Positions 46,203 to 59,426 are shown, numbered from the stretch's first letter. The stretch is 64,000 nucleotides of DNA from Blepharisma stoltei ATCC 30299 (GCA_965603825.1 CBFDEM010000044.1:372001-436000); one strand, 5' to 3'. The notes: generated by a model from the letters alone, not told the origin. Made by a program: numbers and translations.

Positions 46203-47429
46203 ATGGCAGGAAACGAAATTAAATCAGGCTGGATCGAAAAGCGATCACAATATCTTAAGTCCTGGCGAGAAAGATGGCTTGTGCTCTCTCCTTTGTTTCT
46301 CCAAACCTATAAAACCCCTACAGACCAAGAGCACGCCACAATGAGTTTAGAATTATCCACTATAGACGAAGCAGTTCCCAGTGAATTTGAAATAGCAAAA
46401 GAGCACTGTTTCAGAATAACAGCTCAAGGCACCCGATATTACATAGCCACTGACACTGACCAAGAAATGTGCTCATGGCTCAACATCATTAACCATGCTC
46501 GCCACATTCAGTCAGTGCCCTTGCTTTCAATCAATTGCATGCAAGAAAAAAAAGCGACCAGTGAAGTATGCTTAATAGCGACATTTTCAAAGATTAAAGA
46601 ACTTTTGCATGAAAGAGAAGAAGAAATGGTCAATGAGCTTGAAGAATGCCAAAGAAACTATATAGAAAAGGTGGAACAAGAACTGAGTGAACTCACCCAA
46701 ACTTTAGATGTGGAGAACGAAAATTACAGGTATTTTACCGAAATTTATAAGAAAGAAGATTCTTTGATTAACAAAATCAGAAAAATTCAAGCAGGGAGAA
46801 GGAATAATTTGAGCTTCAAAGAGTTTGACAGCTTGAATTGCTCTACACTTAGCGTATCAATAAAAGAAGAAGTTTTAAAGAATTTGATTAATTTTAGCAC
46901 AAGAGTTAGCTTGGTTAATCCGATGGAAGTAAGTATTAGGAGAACGAATATAACTAGAGCTTTGAAATGAAGGTATACAGGTGAAAGAATAGATGCGCTT
47001 ACTTTTATGGTTAGCAGTGATGTTAAACTTACTGGAGTTGGTATTTGCGCTCCCTACAAACAAGGAGGATCTGTCACAGTCAAGGATTTTCAAATTGTTA
47101 AAGGTAAATATACGAATTCAAGCTCAGTTTATAAAAATCCTAGCAGGATAAATATTACTTATAGTCCTGAAAATTCAGTCACAAAGGTGCCTGTAGTTGG
47201 TGGGCTGAAAATAAAGAAATTTGCTTGGTATAGTGTAATTTTTTGCATTGAAGGGGATCATACTTACAAATGTGTAGACTGCTCTCAAAAAGTGCAGGGG
47301 CCTGGCGATGTTGAGTGGGAGTTTACAAATACATCGTTTCATCAAAGCCATCAGAATAATAGATGTGACACTGTATGTGGACCAATTGCAGATTTTTATT
47401 ATATGCAATTGCAAAAAAATGACATGTAA
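46203..47429 (+). CDS. PH domain + coiled coil + PHR domain protein
   Basis: PH: KSGWIEKRS...WRERWLVL...WLNII. PHR: W(TGA 46968)RYTGERIDALTFMVSSDVKLTGVG...GPIADFYY. Confidence 0.82.
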
Positions 47430-47828
47430 AAGAAAATTAATAAATTTTTTATAATTATGATTTTAGAACTATATTAAAGCTCTGCATTATATCAATCTCA
47501 AAATTATAAGAAAAGTCACAATTATAATAGCCAATTTTTAAATTATATTTCCGCGTTTTTAATTTGAAGAAGCAATTATAGGGCAAATTGCAATTAAAGT
47601 TAATTTTCTGAGACGAATTTATCAATTAACCTTGAAGTTTCAAATTTATTTGGTATTTCCCTTATTATAATATAATGTGTTGGTTTTTTTAGACACTTGA
47701 ACGCTGAATGTACATGCAGAATAAAACTCCGCATTTGGAGTTGAGCAAATACGAGTGGATCACTTTTTGAAATAAAGCCAATGTATTATAATATAATTCA
47801 AAATAGCCATAAAGTTATAAATAATAAA

Positions 47829-48965
47829 ATGGGAGCAGACTGCTCATGCTTACGTGAAGATCCAAAACTCAATAGAGATGAAATGACTATGCAAGACACC
47901 CGCAAACCTGGTCAAGCTCAAGAAGCTAATCAAGAAACAAAAGCCCCTGATATAATTGTCGATTTTCAGATATCTGGCCCAGATAATAATGTAGATAGCA
48001 TTGGAATCCAAAGCGTAGCAAGAGGTTACTTAGACAGAAAAGAAGTAGCAGCTCTAAAAGAAATAGGTAAAGTAGTTAAAAGTTTCAGCCCAAACTTTCA
48101 TTACGAACCTTTTAACGGATCCCTTTCAAGCAAAGTCTCTTCCCGTGTCAAGAAAATTGAAAAAGAGTGGGGTCCTTATGATCCTGAGTCTCCTAGTGAT
48201 GATGGAGTAAAAGTTATTTCCTTTCCTGCTTATGTCCTCGATGATGGAACTATTTATGAAGGGGAATGGAACAATGATGGAGAAAAGCATGGAAAAGGCA
48301 CTGAAATTGAGCCAGATGGCTCAAAATTTGTAGGATATTTCAAAAATAACAAAAGATATGGAGATGGACGATTAATCACTGCAGAAGGAGATATATACCA
48401 AGGGCAGTTTAAGAGAGGAAAGCTAAACGGAAACGGAATCGCAAGACACCCAGATGGCTCAAAATATGAAGGGAATTTCAAAAATGGGCTTCCTCACGGA
48501 AAAGGCAGAGAAGAGTTCGAAGAAGGAAACTATGAAGGAGAATACAGGAATGGGAAGAAAAATGGCAACGGAATTTTCAGCTGGGCTAAAGGAAGCAAAT
48601 ATGAAGGAGAATTCAAAGATAATAATATCGAAGGCTATGGGCATTATGTCTGGCCAAATGGAAAAGAATATAGGGGAGAATGAAAAGAAAATAAAATGCA
48701 CGGATCTGGCACTTTTCTGTGGCCTGATGGGAGAAAGTATGAAGGAGATTATCAAAATGATATCAAGCATGGGCATGGAGTCTTTTCATGGCCAGATGGA
48801 AAAGTTTATAATGGAGATTGGGAAAATGGAAAACAAGAAGGCAAGGGAAAATTGACCTACCCAATTAAAAAAACAAGAAAAATGGAGACAAGATATGGAA
48901 TTTGGAAAAATGGAGTGAGAACTGCGTGGGTTAAAAAAGAGAAAAATAGTAAAGATGAGGAATAA
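47829..48965 (+). CDS. N-acylated IQ-motif MORN-repeat protein
   Basis: MGADCSC start, IQSVARGYLDRK, about 9-10 YEG.W/F...HG.G repeats, one with YRGE-W(TGA 48681). Confidence 0.92.
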
Positions 48966-49423
48966 TTATGAACGAAAGCAAACTAGTCATAAATTAAAAA
49001 AATTAATCTTTTAAATATTTCGCTGACAGATAAGCTCTATTTGCTTAGGAGCAAATTGCTATAAAATCTCTAATGGATCTTTAATAACTAATTGAGTATT
49101 TAATTATATAAATTTTTTGGTCATTTCAGTTTATTATTAATATATGGAGCACTAATTCAATAGCAATAAAAATAATTTCGTCTGAGTTGTAGAGCATTTT
49201 GAGAGAAATAAAAGGAATCATTAACCGTTAATTAGATAAGACTATATATCTATATTATGCTATAACATACAGATTTTGCCAGTGCAAATTATATTATTGT
49301 CTAAAAAGCTATTTGTGGCTCAATAATATATTGTTTTAACCTAATCCTGGAGAAGATAATTAAAAAATAACAGAATTACCTCTGCCGAATTAAACTTTCT
49401 ATATCAAATAATAATATTATAAA

Positions 49424-50572
49424 ATGAACTCTAAACTTCTAGAAAATTACTACAGGAATTTTTTCCCATGCAATGACCTCTGCAGATGGCTCAACTTGGG
49501 AATTGATCTTAAAATCGATGATTCTACCACCAGAAAATCATACTTTGAGAGAAGAGAGTTTGTTTTTTACTACCACGGAGATATCTATTGTCGTCACATA
49601 AGTTTTAGCTCAGCGGATGAGCTCAAAGAGCAGCTTATCCATGATAAGCCGGAAAAGTTTGGGATTGGAGCTGTCTACAGCTTGCCTCCAAAACTTCGAA
49701 ACCGAAAACAAAAGAAAATAAAGTACGAGCCAGTCGAACGCGAATTTGTTATTGATATAGACATGAGTGACTATGATAAAGTCAGAACTTGCTGCTCTGG
49801 GGCAGTTGTCTGCCAGCTTTGTTGAAAATTTTTAGAATTGGCTTGAAAGACAATAGACAATATTCTAAAAGAGCTGTTTGGTTTTAAGGTTAATCTGTGG
49901 GTTTTTTCTGGTAGAAGAGGGATACACTGCTGGGTGTGTGATTCTGAAGCAAGACGATTAAGTGACTTCGAGCGAAAATCATTAATTGAGTTTCTAAACT
50001 CAGGACCAAATTTCAGCATATATATTCTTAATATTTGCCGAGCAATTTTTAATAATCGCTTTGAAGAAATCATTGTGAAAGACCAGAAACTGTTTGAAAA
50101 TCAAGAAAGATTAGACGAATGTGTTAAAATTATTAACAGCCAACTTGGCACTACTCTTAAGTTTGCAGCTAAAGGAACTAGCGAAGAAACATGGGCAGAA
50201 ATTCTAGACTTCATTAATTCGCAGCTTGATCAACAAAAAATTGACGAAATAAAAAACAAAATCTATTTCAGCTATTTATATCCAAGGTTAGACATATATG
50301 TCTCGATGGAAATATCAAACTTGCTTAAGTCTCCATTTTCTGTCCACCCAAAAACAGGTAATATATCTATTCCATTCTTAGTTGAGCTGGCAGAAGAATT
50401 TAGAGTTGACAAGGTTCCAAACCTAGTAGGTCTAAATGCTGGAGTAGATGATCTTGCCCCTCATATAAAAGTTTTGAACATTATAAGTGATAAGCTTAAA
50501 GAATGCTGCCGAAAAAAAAGAAATAGAAAAACAGCAAATTTCGATACACAAAATTATGTACCGAAACTTTAA
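49424..50572 (+). CDS. PRIM1: DNA primase small (catalytic) subunit
   Basis: FERREF, EFVIDIDMSDY, RTCCSG..VCQLC-W(TGA)-KF, VFSGRRGIHCWV, YPRLD, LLKSPFSVHPKTG. Confidence 0.95.
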
Positions 50573-51749
50573 ATTTATCTAATTAATTAGTCTTTTCTAT
50601 AGAAAATGATAAAACTTAATTTCTCATATTGATATTAGTATAATTATAAATTGCGATAATCGTTAAGATTCTATGAAAGACATGAAATTCCAAGATATGT
50701 TGATATAGTCGTATTATTCCCCTTATTTAATTAATTCAAAGTTGCGCCATAATGCTGGATTTTCTTAATTTTAGTTGATTCATATTTGTGCAAATTTTGA
50801 ATTGGGATTTAAGTGTCATTTGAAATGAAAGACAGCAATAAATAGTCCTATAAAATGATACATGGAATGAAGAGCTCAACAAAAAATCAAGTATAAATTC
50901 AAATGATACCAAATAATTTTAAAGGAAATACAAACCAAAATTACTTAAGGATTGAAAAATTGAGTCGCGATTATAATAAAAATTGCGTTCAAAGTAGAGA
51001 ATTAAAGGAGAAAAGCATCCAGATGGTAGACAATAGGTATTTATCTATAATTAAATTGATGCAAATATATTAAAAAGAACGATAAAGTAAACAATAAGTG
51101 AACCTTAAGAAATTTATAAGCAGTCGAAACGATTTTATGAGCAAAACAAAGCAATTAGCTAAAATAATCGATTTTTTATTGCAAATTTTACAAAAATCCA
51201 TTAATTGACTCATCATTTAATTATGGTTATTTGAACAGAAATCTAGTAAAAAAAACTTATAAATTAGATTTGAAAGCATTTCTATTTTCAATATTGTTTT
51301 CAGCATCAATATTTAGTTTCTTATCTTATGTGCTATAAATTGCGAATTATCAAGCTATCCTATTCTAGAATTTGCTATATATCTTTTATGCTGGTCAAGA
51401 AAAAATTATCACAAAAATTGAAAAATTTAAATAATTTCTTAATAAAATCTGTAAAATGCAAGTTTTTAATAGGAAATTAATCTTAATTATTATTTACCGA
51501 GGAGACTAAATCCATCTTAAATTTTTTCGATTTTCAAACATTTAAATCTTAGAATCGACTTCTCTGTATATACCCATCATTCATTCAATTAATTTCTACA
51601 GAATTATCTGCGGATATTTTGATTGAAGTGCTGAGTTTTAGGCTTCATCTAGAATTCACTAAATGGCGAACAATAATTTGTTAACTAAACGCTTTAAAAC
51701 AGCCTCACTGAACAATTAACCTTAAATTATCTTATATTAGCAAGTTCGA

Positions 51750-51944
51750 TTACTCTGATATTAAAACTTGGGAAGTTTCAGGAGTCTTTACATGAGTAAC
51801 AATAATCCGAAAAATTGTTCCATTAGCACGAAGGTTGAGATGGTTTGTGGCTACTTTTGGTGAATTTTGGCCTGATAAAGACTCCTTGGCAATCGAAGTA
51901 TCTTCATCGTCTCGAACCTTAGATTTAGATAAACCACACCCCAT
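51750..51944 (-). CDS. Small N-acylated protein (64 aa)
   Basis: MGCGLSKSK start; a local GC-richer island within AT-rich DNA. Confidence 0.55.
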   Translation of the reverse strand: MGCGLSKSKVRDDEDTSIAKESLSGQNSPKVATNHLNLRANGTIFRIIVTHVKTPETSQVLISE

Positions 51945-53564
51945 TTTTTATTTAAGACCTTCCAATTATTCATATCATTTAACTAAAGATAGTCGCAAAT
52001 ATAATTAATTCGAAACATTTTATATTGATAAATTTTGACAAGTGATAGAAATTAAAAAAAATTAAATTTGATGGATTATGGAATAAAAAGACAACTCCAC
52101 TTTTTATGCGAATATCTTAAAGATGGCTGGTATTGTGGTGCTAGTGTAACAGTAATTGTATTATTCATAAAACAGCCTTTGCCTGACTAATAAAATGATT
52201 TAATTTTAGATATATAACTAAAGCGAAATTCAGCAAATATTTGGCATAGATATATGATTGAAGAGCTTTAATTGGCTACTACTAAGCAATAGCGTGAAAT
52301 ATTTTAGCCTAAACTAAAGCTGCATCATTGAATCTATTCGAAATTTCTTTAGTTAAGATTCTGAATATGCAATAAAGCTAAATGATATAAGTAGCTCGAA
52401 GCTATAGGGTCTTAGCACTAAAATAATGCAAGGTATGATAGAAGCTTATGAATTTTCAATATCAAAGCTGTAGATTGTTATAAATAAATTGCTAACATAA
52501 GTGGCAACTTAATCATAACCTCAAGAAGCTGCATATAAATTATAAAAGCTCCGAAGCGAAATATGAGCGGTGATAATCCCATATTTTTATAACTCAATAT
52601 CACAGTTTTATTGTTTATTAAATTTTTAATTTTATTAAGACTTTAATTTTCAAGAATCAATTTATTCTAATCTGCTGCCATTTAGTTTAATTTATAGCTC
52701 TCCTAAATGTTTTGAATTCCTTAAATTGTCAGGTGCAAAAATATATAATATCTAGAAAAGACGACTGGAAATTTTGATTAAAATCGCAGACTCCAAGCAT
52801 CTAGAGTTATTGAAATAATGTGATACTTCATGGTATTAGCTTCTTACCCTAATTAAATAATAAAGGCTTGTATATCACATTAAATGATTATAATTTGAAA
52901 TTTAGAGAGATTCTATTTAATCTAAGAGGAGACCACATAAAAATACAATTATAGTTATGATTTTATTAATGGTAGCTAATTGCTTTTTTATTATAAACAA
53001 AAATTATTTCTAATAAAGGCATAAGAAATTAAATGTATTTTTAAAATTGAGGGGTTATTTATGCAAAGATAAAGGCGATCTTTTAGATTTTCGAAAAAAT
53101 ATTCAAAATCTTAAGCTTATTTTATATTAATGGGGCATCAAAAAGAAAAAACGAATAAATTAATGTATGGCTTTTTTAATACAAAACTTGATATTTCAAG
53201 AAATCAAAAGGAAAATGCTAATTTGCAAAGCAAAAAGAGCAGCTAAAAGTTTCTAAAATTCTATAAAAGTTTTCTGCTAATGTTCAAGCTTATAGAGAAG
53301 ATAAAAATGGTTTTATTTATTGCGCCAATGTTTTATCCAAGCTAAGTATGCCAAAATTTAAGCAAATAAATATCTCTTAATATAAATTTGCATCTTCATT
53401 CTTTGTGTTATTCCTAAGCCTTAATAATTAGTGCACATGTTATGATTTAAACATAAGATAGCTTAGAATGATGCGATTTCTGACTGTGATTTTAATTTTA
53501 TTGGTATTTTTTGTGATGGAAGAGTAATAATTTATTTAGAAAAAGGTTATTATCAACAGGGAAT

Positions 53565-54020
53565 ATGATTTCTTCGATTAAAAACATTCAAATTCAAGAG
53601 ATAGGGGGTACACCGTTTTTTGTTATCCCAATGTTTGCTCAGCCTCCTTCAATGTCTCAAGCGCCTCCTAAAGAAATTGGCAGAGATTACCGAGAAGAAT
53701 ATAAAAAGCTTTTAGCTGAAAATGAAACCCAAACTGGCCAGCTGCAAAACTTACTAGCCGACATCGACAAGCTTCAAAAGGACATTCAAGGGTTAGAACG
53801 CCAGCAGCCATCTATAAAGCACGAAAGACCTCAAGCTAAAGCTCAAAGGACAAGAAGGCCTGCCAAGCAAATTAATAGGCATTATCGCTGCCGACTGTGT
53901 CCGAAATCTTATGGGTAAGAACTATTCAGTTCTGAAGGATCGTTAAATCAGCATATGAAGCTCAAGCATTTCGAGTTTTACCAGCAAAGAGAAATGTCTA
54001 AAGATATGGGTGAAATATAG
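53565..54020 (+). CDS. Coiled-coil plus single C2H2 zinc-finger protein (one 15-nt intron)
   Basis: Splicing completes YRCRLCPKSYGSEGSLNQHMKLKH; TAG at 54018-54020. Confidence 0.9.
53915..53929 (+). other. 15-nt intron GTAAGAACTATTCAG
   Basis: Contains an in-frame TAA; removal restores the C2H2 finger; A at -6. Confidence 0.92.
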
Positions 54021-54094
54021 AGGATTAAGGATTAAATAAATTGATATTACTGTCATGCTGTACAGGGTTTCGATTTCTTTTATAAAGTAATAAA

Positions 54095-54763
54095 ATGCAT
54101 CATAAGTATATGAGTGAAATTGAAAGCTCACTTGCTGCAAGAAGAATAGGGAAAAAAAGGTTTAATGTACATAAAAATGAGACTTCTGAGCAGTTTACTA
54201 TTGGAGAAAACCGATCTGTTTCTCCAAATCCAGTTAAAAGGGATACAACCCCAGTTCCTATTGAAAAAATGATTAAGAGAGATATGACACCAATCCCAAC
54301 AATGGCAACTCCATATAGCATAGACCAGCAGCAAGAAAAATGAAGCGAGCGCAGACATTTTGAAAACAGATCAAGTAGTATTACTGTGGAGGCCGTTAAA
54401 AGCCCAGTGATTGAGAATTTTTCTAAGCCAATATCTCTTCGAGAAAAAAGGCCTAAATTTAACTCAAGTTTGAAGCAAGACTATCAAAACTCTCCTGATT
54501 TAGATATCTTTTCAAAACCAATCATAAGTGCTTCAACTCAAATTATTGAAAATAAAGAAGTTCCTAGTGATGCTTTTCTAAAACCCCTTTTACATCAACC
54601 AATGTTTACCAAAAAAAATCCAAGAGTCCAGGATTATAATCCGATTACAGGGTATATAATCAAGCCAGAAAGGAATTCTCCTGAAAGAAGAATTGGAATG
54701 AACGATTATGGGAAAATGGTGCTCCAACAGCAAATGGATCGGCCTTATTTTTCAATTTCATAA
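54095..54763 (+). CDS. Hypothetical protein with a YNPITG motif
   Basis: Two ORFs joined through TGA at 54341; the start could instead be ATG 54110. Confidence 0.7.
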
Positions 54764-54783
54764 TATAAATTTTTCTAGATAAA

Positions 54784-55737
54784 TTAATTAAATACTTCTC
54801 TCATGATTGGATACTCTTGATCCATGATTTTACAACTAAATTTGACTAAGTCACATGTAACAGTCCCTTCAATTGTTACAAAACTAATGTCTTTTCTATT
54901 TTTCACCCAAGCTTGCTCGATGTTAAAAATGTCTGGTTCATCAAACAGTACTCATACTCCTGGATTTTTCATGAGTGACCACTGTGGCTGGCCTACTTTT
55001 GTATTGACTCTTTTTATAGACCTTTCTTTTCAATTATTTTCAATCTCTTTTCACCTTATAAAATCAACCTCAAAATTGGATTTCGTAAGTCTTGTTTTAT
55101 CAAAATTTGATTTGTAAGCAGACTCGATCATAGCTGTGTGCTGAGCAGAAAACTCTCTGAATTTTCCGTCATCACCTTGTCATGCCCAATATATTCTATT
55201 ACCTCCTCTCTCAAAATTTTCTCTTCTCTGCTGTGGAGGTGGATTTCATCCATCAATAACAATTTTCCCACTTCTCATTTTTGCTTCTAGATTTTTGAAA
55301 TGCTTATCTGTATATGCTTCAAAATGAGATTTCAGTTTTTCTCTCTCTGTCTTTTGGCTTTCAGCTAGTTGAGCCTTTAACTTTGCCTCTTCTTGCCTCT
55401 TAATTTCTTCAATTTCTTCTAATTTTTTTTGCTCTTCTTGAATTCTCAGCTTAGCCATGCTTTCTTCCATTTCTTTCTGCAGCTTTTCTCTCATTTGCTG
55501 CATTGCTCTGGCATTGTCCTCTATAAGCGTCATCATGTCATAAGCTGGCTTTATGGAGGAGATATCACTTTTTTGTTTATCTATTGGACATTTCAGCATA
55601 GAACCTTGCTTGAGCATGTCTTTACACACAACACATATAGTATGACCACATCTTAATGTGATAGGCATTCTGTCCCTTGAGTAGACCTCAAAACAAATTT
55701 TGCAATCCGGGGAAAATTCACTTTGATTTGCGTCCAT
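54784..55737 (-). CDS. RING finger + coiled coil + tandem WWE domain E3 ligase (317 aa)
   Basis: CKICFE...CGHTICVVC...CPID. After five TGA: YWA-W-QGDDGKFREF...IESAY...VDF...IKR and QWSLMKNPGV-W-VLFD....IEQAW. TAA at 54784-54786. Confidence 0.82.
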
Positions 55738-55811
55738 ATTATTATCTTCTCTACATTATTTTATTCTATAAATGGACTTTACATATTTAGAATCTATTTT
55801 CATATAAATAA

Positions 55812-57668
55812 TTATAAAATACCATTAGCAAGCCTTTGAAAAGAATCATATTTTACGGTTTTCCAGTTATCTGCTGCCTTTTCTACTAATTTTTCAATAA
55901 ATTCCATGCATTGCTCTTCTGATAAATCCAGTCTAAATCTTGCACTGAATTCTTTTAAAGCCCTTTCTGAGTCCCTAAAGCAATTTAAAGATTCCCCAGG
56001 CCTCATCATCTCAATTATAAGCAGCAGCTCAGTTGTGTGTTTCCTTAATGCTAAAAATCCTTGATAAAGCAAAATTTTATAATAAATGAAAAGCTCTCCT
56101 TGGTATCCTCCCATCAAGTCAACCATCTCATTAGTCAATTTAAAAGGAGCTGACTCAAAATTTATGTTCCCTCCAGGAGTATTTGTTAAGAAAAATCCGA
56201 AATCAATATGAATTATATGGCCTTTGGAGTCAAGCAAAATGTTCCCATTATGACGGTCTTTTAGATTTAGTATGTAAGAGATAAGGGAATAGCCAGCTAA
56301 ACTCTCTATGAAATTCTTTTGGGCTTCGAGGAAGTGGGAACGGAAATTGAGAGAGAAAAAATCTGATAAGTTTGTGTAGTTAGGGTAGGTTTTCTTGATC
56401 GCATGAAGTGAAACAGCATCGGGGATACATTCAATGAAGCCTGAGTTGTGGGAGATTATGAGGATATTGTAAGGTCTTAAATATAAGCGCAGTTTGGCAG
56501 CTTGAAAAATTTCGTTGCATTTTTTGATGACTTGCATCGCCAGAAGTTCCTGTCGGAGATCATCATGGCCTTTTACTATTAGTGGGCGGAGTTTTCAAGA
56601 TTTGTAGTGCCCAAAAATAGATGAAGCTTGGATTCGAGATTTTGTATCCTCCCAAGCTTCTCCTCAAGGAGAGTCTAGAGATGTTTTTATTTGTGAATTA
56701 GAATTTTCTATTTCTATTTCATCAGTTCTAGAGGCTGCCAATGCATCTTCTGATTCTGCAGTACTAATGCTTTTTATTTCATTTATTTCAGCAGTTTTTA
56801 TGCTTTCTCCGTTTATTTTATTGCATTTTAAAGGGTTTCTGATCTCTGCTTCATTTTCTAGCTCTTCTTCATTGATATCAATAGTCTCCACAATGATTTT
56901 ATAGGGAACCCTCGCTTTAGTCTTAAAGCATTTGCACTCACTACTAGGTATACTTACTATCTGTTCACTATAAGTTTCTTCTGCATAAAATTCCAATGGC
57001 AAAACAATTCCGCGATAAAGTCTTTTTATATAATTTGAATGTTCTGGCCTGTTATAATATTCCCTTGTATTTCTCACCCAGTTATCTAATTCTTGTATTT
57101 GTTCAGCCAAAGCTGTATCTTTTTCTTCATCAGGAACTGAAATAAGTTCTATTGATATTCTTCCTAGCGTTTGAGCAAGTTTGTGCTGGTCATTAAAATA
57201 ATCAGCCCTTGCTTGCTTATGGATAAGTAAATCTTTCTCAGATTCAGAAATATTTAGCTTAAATAGATGAGGCGGCTGAGTAGTTTGGCCTTTTCTTGAT
57301 TTTTGGCCATTCACGATGACCTTTTCGAGATCTCTCAAAGTGCTACGGAGAAGCGGAGAGTATCTTCTAGGTCCATCATACAAATTCGCTTGTAGCATTC
57401 AGTATAATTTGACTGCAAATACATGAGACTTAACCGAGGTGTCTAAGAAGAATGACGAATAAGGAGCATGCTCTTGCTTTTGTGTAGAAATATTGATCAG
57501 CTGAGGTAAAAATTCAAAGACTTTTTCAATCGGAATTTCATATAGTTTGTTTATCAGAAAAGCTTGAACGCCTGAGGAATCATGCTTGTATAAATAATAA
57601 AGTAGAAGCTCTATGGGAAGACTAGGCACAGAAAATAACGCTGGCAATAAACTTTGTTCATCTGTCAT
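55812..57668 (-). CDS. PI4KB: Phosphatidylinositol 4-kinase III beta (PIK1-like), 618 aa
   Basis: FLPQLI, TKARVPY, P-W-GE.W, S-W-KLRPLIVKGHDDLRQE, KDRHNGN, HIDFG, FESAPFKLT. Three TGA join the track ORFs. Confidence 0.93.
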
Positions 57669-57734
57669 ATTATCATTCTATAGTTTTGCTTTAAAGATGG
57701 TAAAAACTATTTAAAATAGTCAAAATTAATATTT

Positions 57735-57959
57735 TTAAACTAGTTTATTAATGCATAAGGGCTCGACAATGGCTCTGGGCTTGTCCCTTCCAGTGCAAAG
57801 GCAATTATTTGGGTCTAACTTCATGATGTTTATTCTGCATGTGTCGCTTATAACTGTCTCATAATCGTTTGCTAGAATTAGCTGAGAGATTCCTGAATCT
57901 TCATAATGCTTTTTGGCAATATCTTTATACCTTGATCCTTGAAAGGGACAGCGTGTCAT
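57735..57959 (-). CDS. Possible small ORF or gene remnant (74 aa)
   Basis: GC-richer island with an ATG-TAA ORF; no motif recognised. Confidence 0.3.
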   Translation of the reverse strand: MTRCPFQGSRYKDIAKKHYEDSGISQLILANDYETVISDTCRINIMKLDPNNCLCTGRDKPRAIVEPLCINKLV

Positions 57960-58377
57960 GGCATTTCATTATACCATCTTTAAATTGGTCTTCAGTTATA
58001 TCAAAATTTATGAAACGATTTATACTAAACATAATTTTTTAAAAAAAACTGCAGATAGTGCTATTAAAAAATTTAACAAGAATGCAATTAAAAAATTTTT
58101 GATGGAAATATCTCTATATACTTACCATTTACGTTAATTTCATTATAAACTTGCACTAAAGCTGCTGTAAATATCCACACAGAGGAGACCAATGAATAGG
58201 AAAATAAAGCAATATCATCTCTATTCCTTTTATTTCCATTGTTGAAACTTCTTCGTCACCATGTTTTAAACTCAATCCTAAATAATTTTCCATTTATTTT
58301 AATTTTTAAAAGTCTTATTGTGTGATATTCGTTTCGCAAATTCTAATTTATTATTTTAAGTTATAGCTCAGACTCTC

Positions 58378-58965
58378 TTATTCCAATTTCTTACTTAATT
58401 CCTTTGGACTCTTCATAAACTTTTGACAAATATGTTTTCCAATCGAAAAAGCACCAAAAGAGACGCAAAAGTTAGCTATGACCACTATATAGCTGAGCAA
58501 GTTCGTGAAAGTCAATCCTGGATATATAATAACACCTAAATAAGCTGAAGGGATTACAACACAAAACATATAAACAGCGGAAATGCATGCTGGTCCTAAG
58601 AAATCTTTATTAACAAAGGTTATAGTAGATGAGATCAGTTCTGGGATTAAAAATAAAAACACTCCTCCATGAGTGAGAATTAAATGCCATAGTTCAAAAT
58701 CTGGCGAGGCTGTAAGAGGGTAGGCATAAGCCCAATATAATATAGTAACATTAAGACCCATAGTCCATGATATTGATAATAAGACTTTTCTAAAATTCTC
58801 ACTTCCTAATTCTCTAAAAAAGCACAAAAAAGTCAATGTTTTTGCTAAAAGGGTCCAATGAGTTAGATAAAGGAAAAATTCAAGTTTTTGAATCGAAATT
58901 CCCCTAATAATCAAAAAAGTGCACACAGTTAGTGCTAGAAACCGTAAGGGTTGCTTATCCATCAT
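58378..58965 (-). CDS. FAR-17a/AIG1-like multi-pass membrane protein
   Basis: FLYLTHWT, VTILYW, THGG, IYP motifs and about 6 TM helices; the start is uncertain. Confidence 0.75.
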   Translation of the reverse strand: MMDKQPLRFLALTVCTFLIIRGISIQKLEFFLYLTHWTLLAKTLTFLCFFRELGSENFRKVLLSISWTMGLNVTILYWAYAYPLTASPDFELWHLILTHGGVFLFLIPELISSTITFVNKDFLGPACISAVYMFCVVIPSAYLGVIIYPGLTFTNLLSYIVVIANFCVSFGAFSIGKHICQKFMKSPKELSKKLE

Positions 58966-59347
58966 GTCAGAATCTATTTTATCAACCAAAAAATGTTAAC
59001 AAAATATGCCCATTAAGGTGAAATAACAAGTCCTTCTAGAATTTCTTAAATTTTTTAAATTCCCTAAAATTTATCTAATTTTCTAATTTTGATTAGCTTT
59101 CAAAGCATCACAAATGTTCTATGCATTAATTTTAAAATTCTGCAATACCATTTAGAAATTTGAATATCTTTTTTTGATATTTTTAATAATTTTATTGCCC
59201 TGTTATTATTCTTATATCTGGCCTATTTTAAAAGTTATCTAGACAATTTAGAAAAGCATAATTAAAATCTTCAAGTTAAATTCAATTTCAAGCATAAAAA
59301 ATAGATCTATAATAACTATAAATAGTGATGGAAAAGATCTCTCTCAA

Positions 59348-59420
59348 GCCTCTATAGCTCAGTCGGCAGAGCATTTGCTTTGTAAGCAAAAGGCCACCGG
59401 TTCAAACCCGGTTGGGGGCT
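59348..59420 (+). tRNA. trnT-UGU: tRNA-Thr(UGU)
   Basis: Acceptor GCCTCTA/TGGGGGC, D-arm GCTC/GAGC, anticodon arm TTTGC-TT-TGT-AA-GCAAA, T-arm ACCGG-TTCAAAC-CCGGT. Confidence 0.96.
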
Positions 59421-59421
59421 C

Positions 59422-59426
59422 TTTTT
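59422..59426 (+). terminator. RNA polymerase III oligo-T terminator
   Basis: TTTTT starting 2 nt after the tRNA 3' end. Confidence 0.7.
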
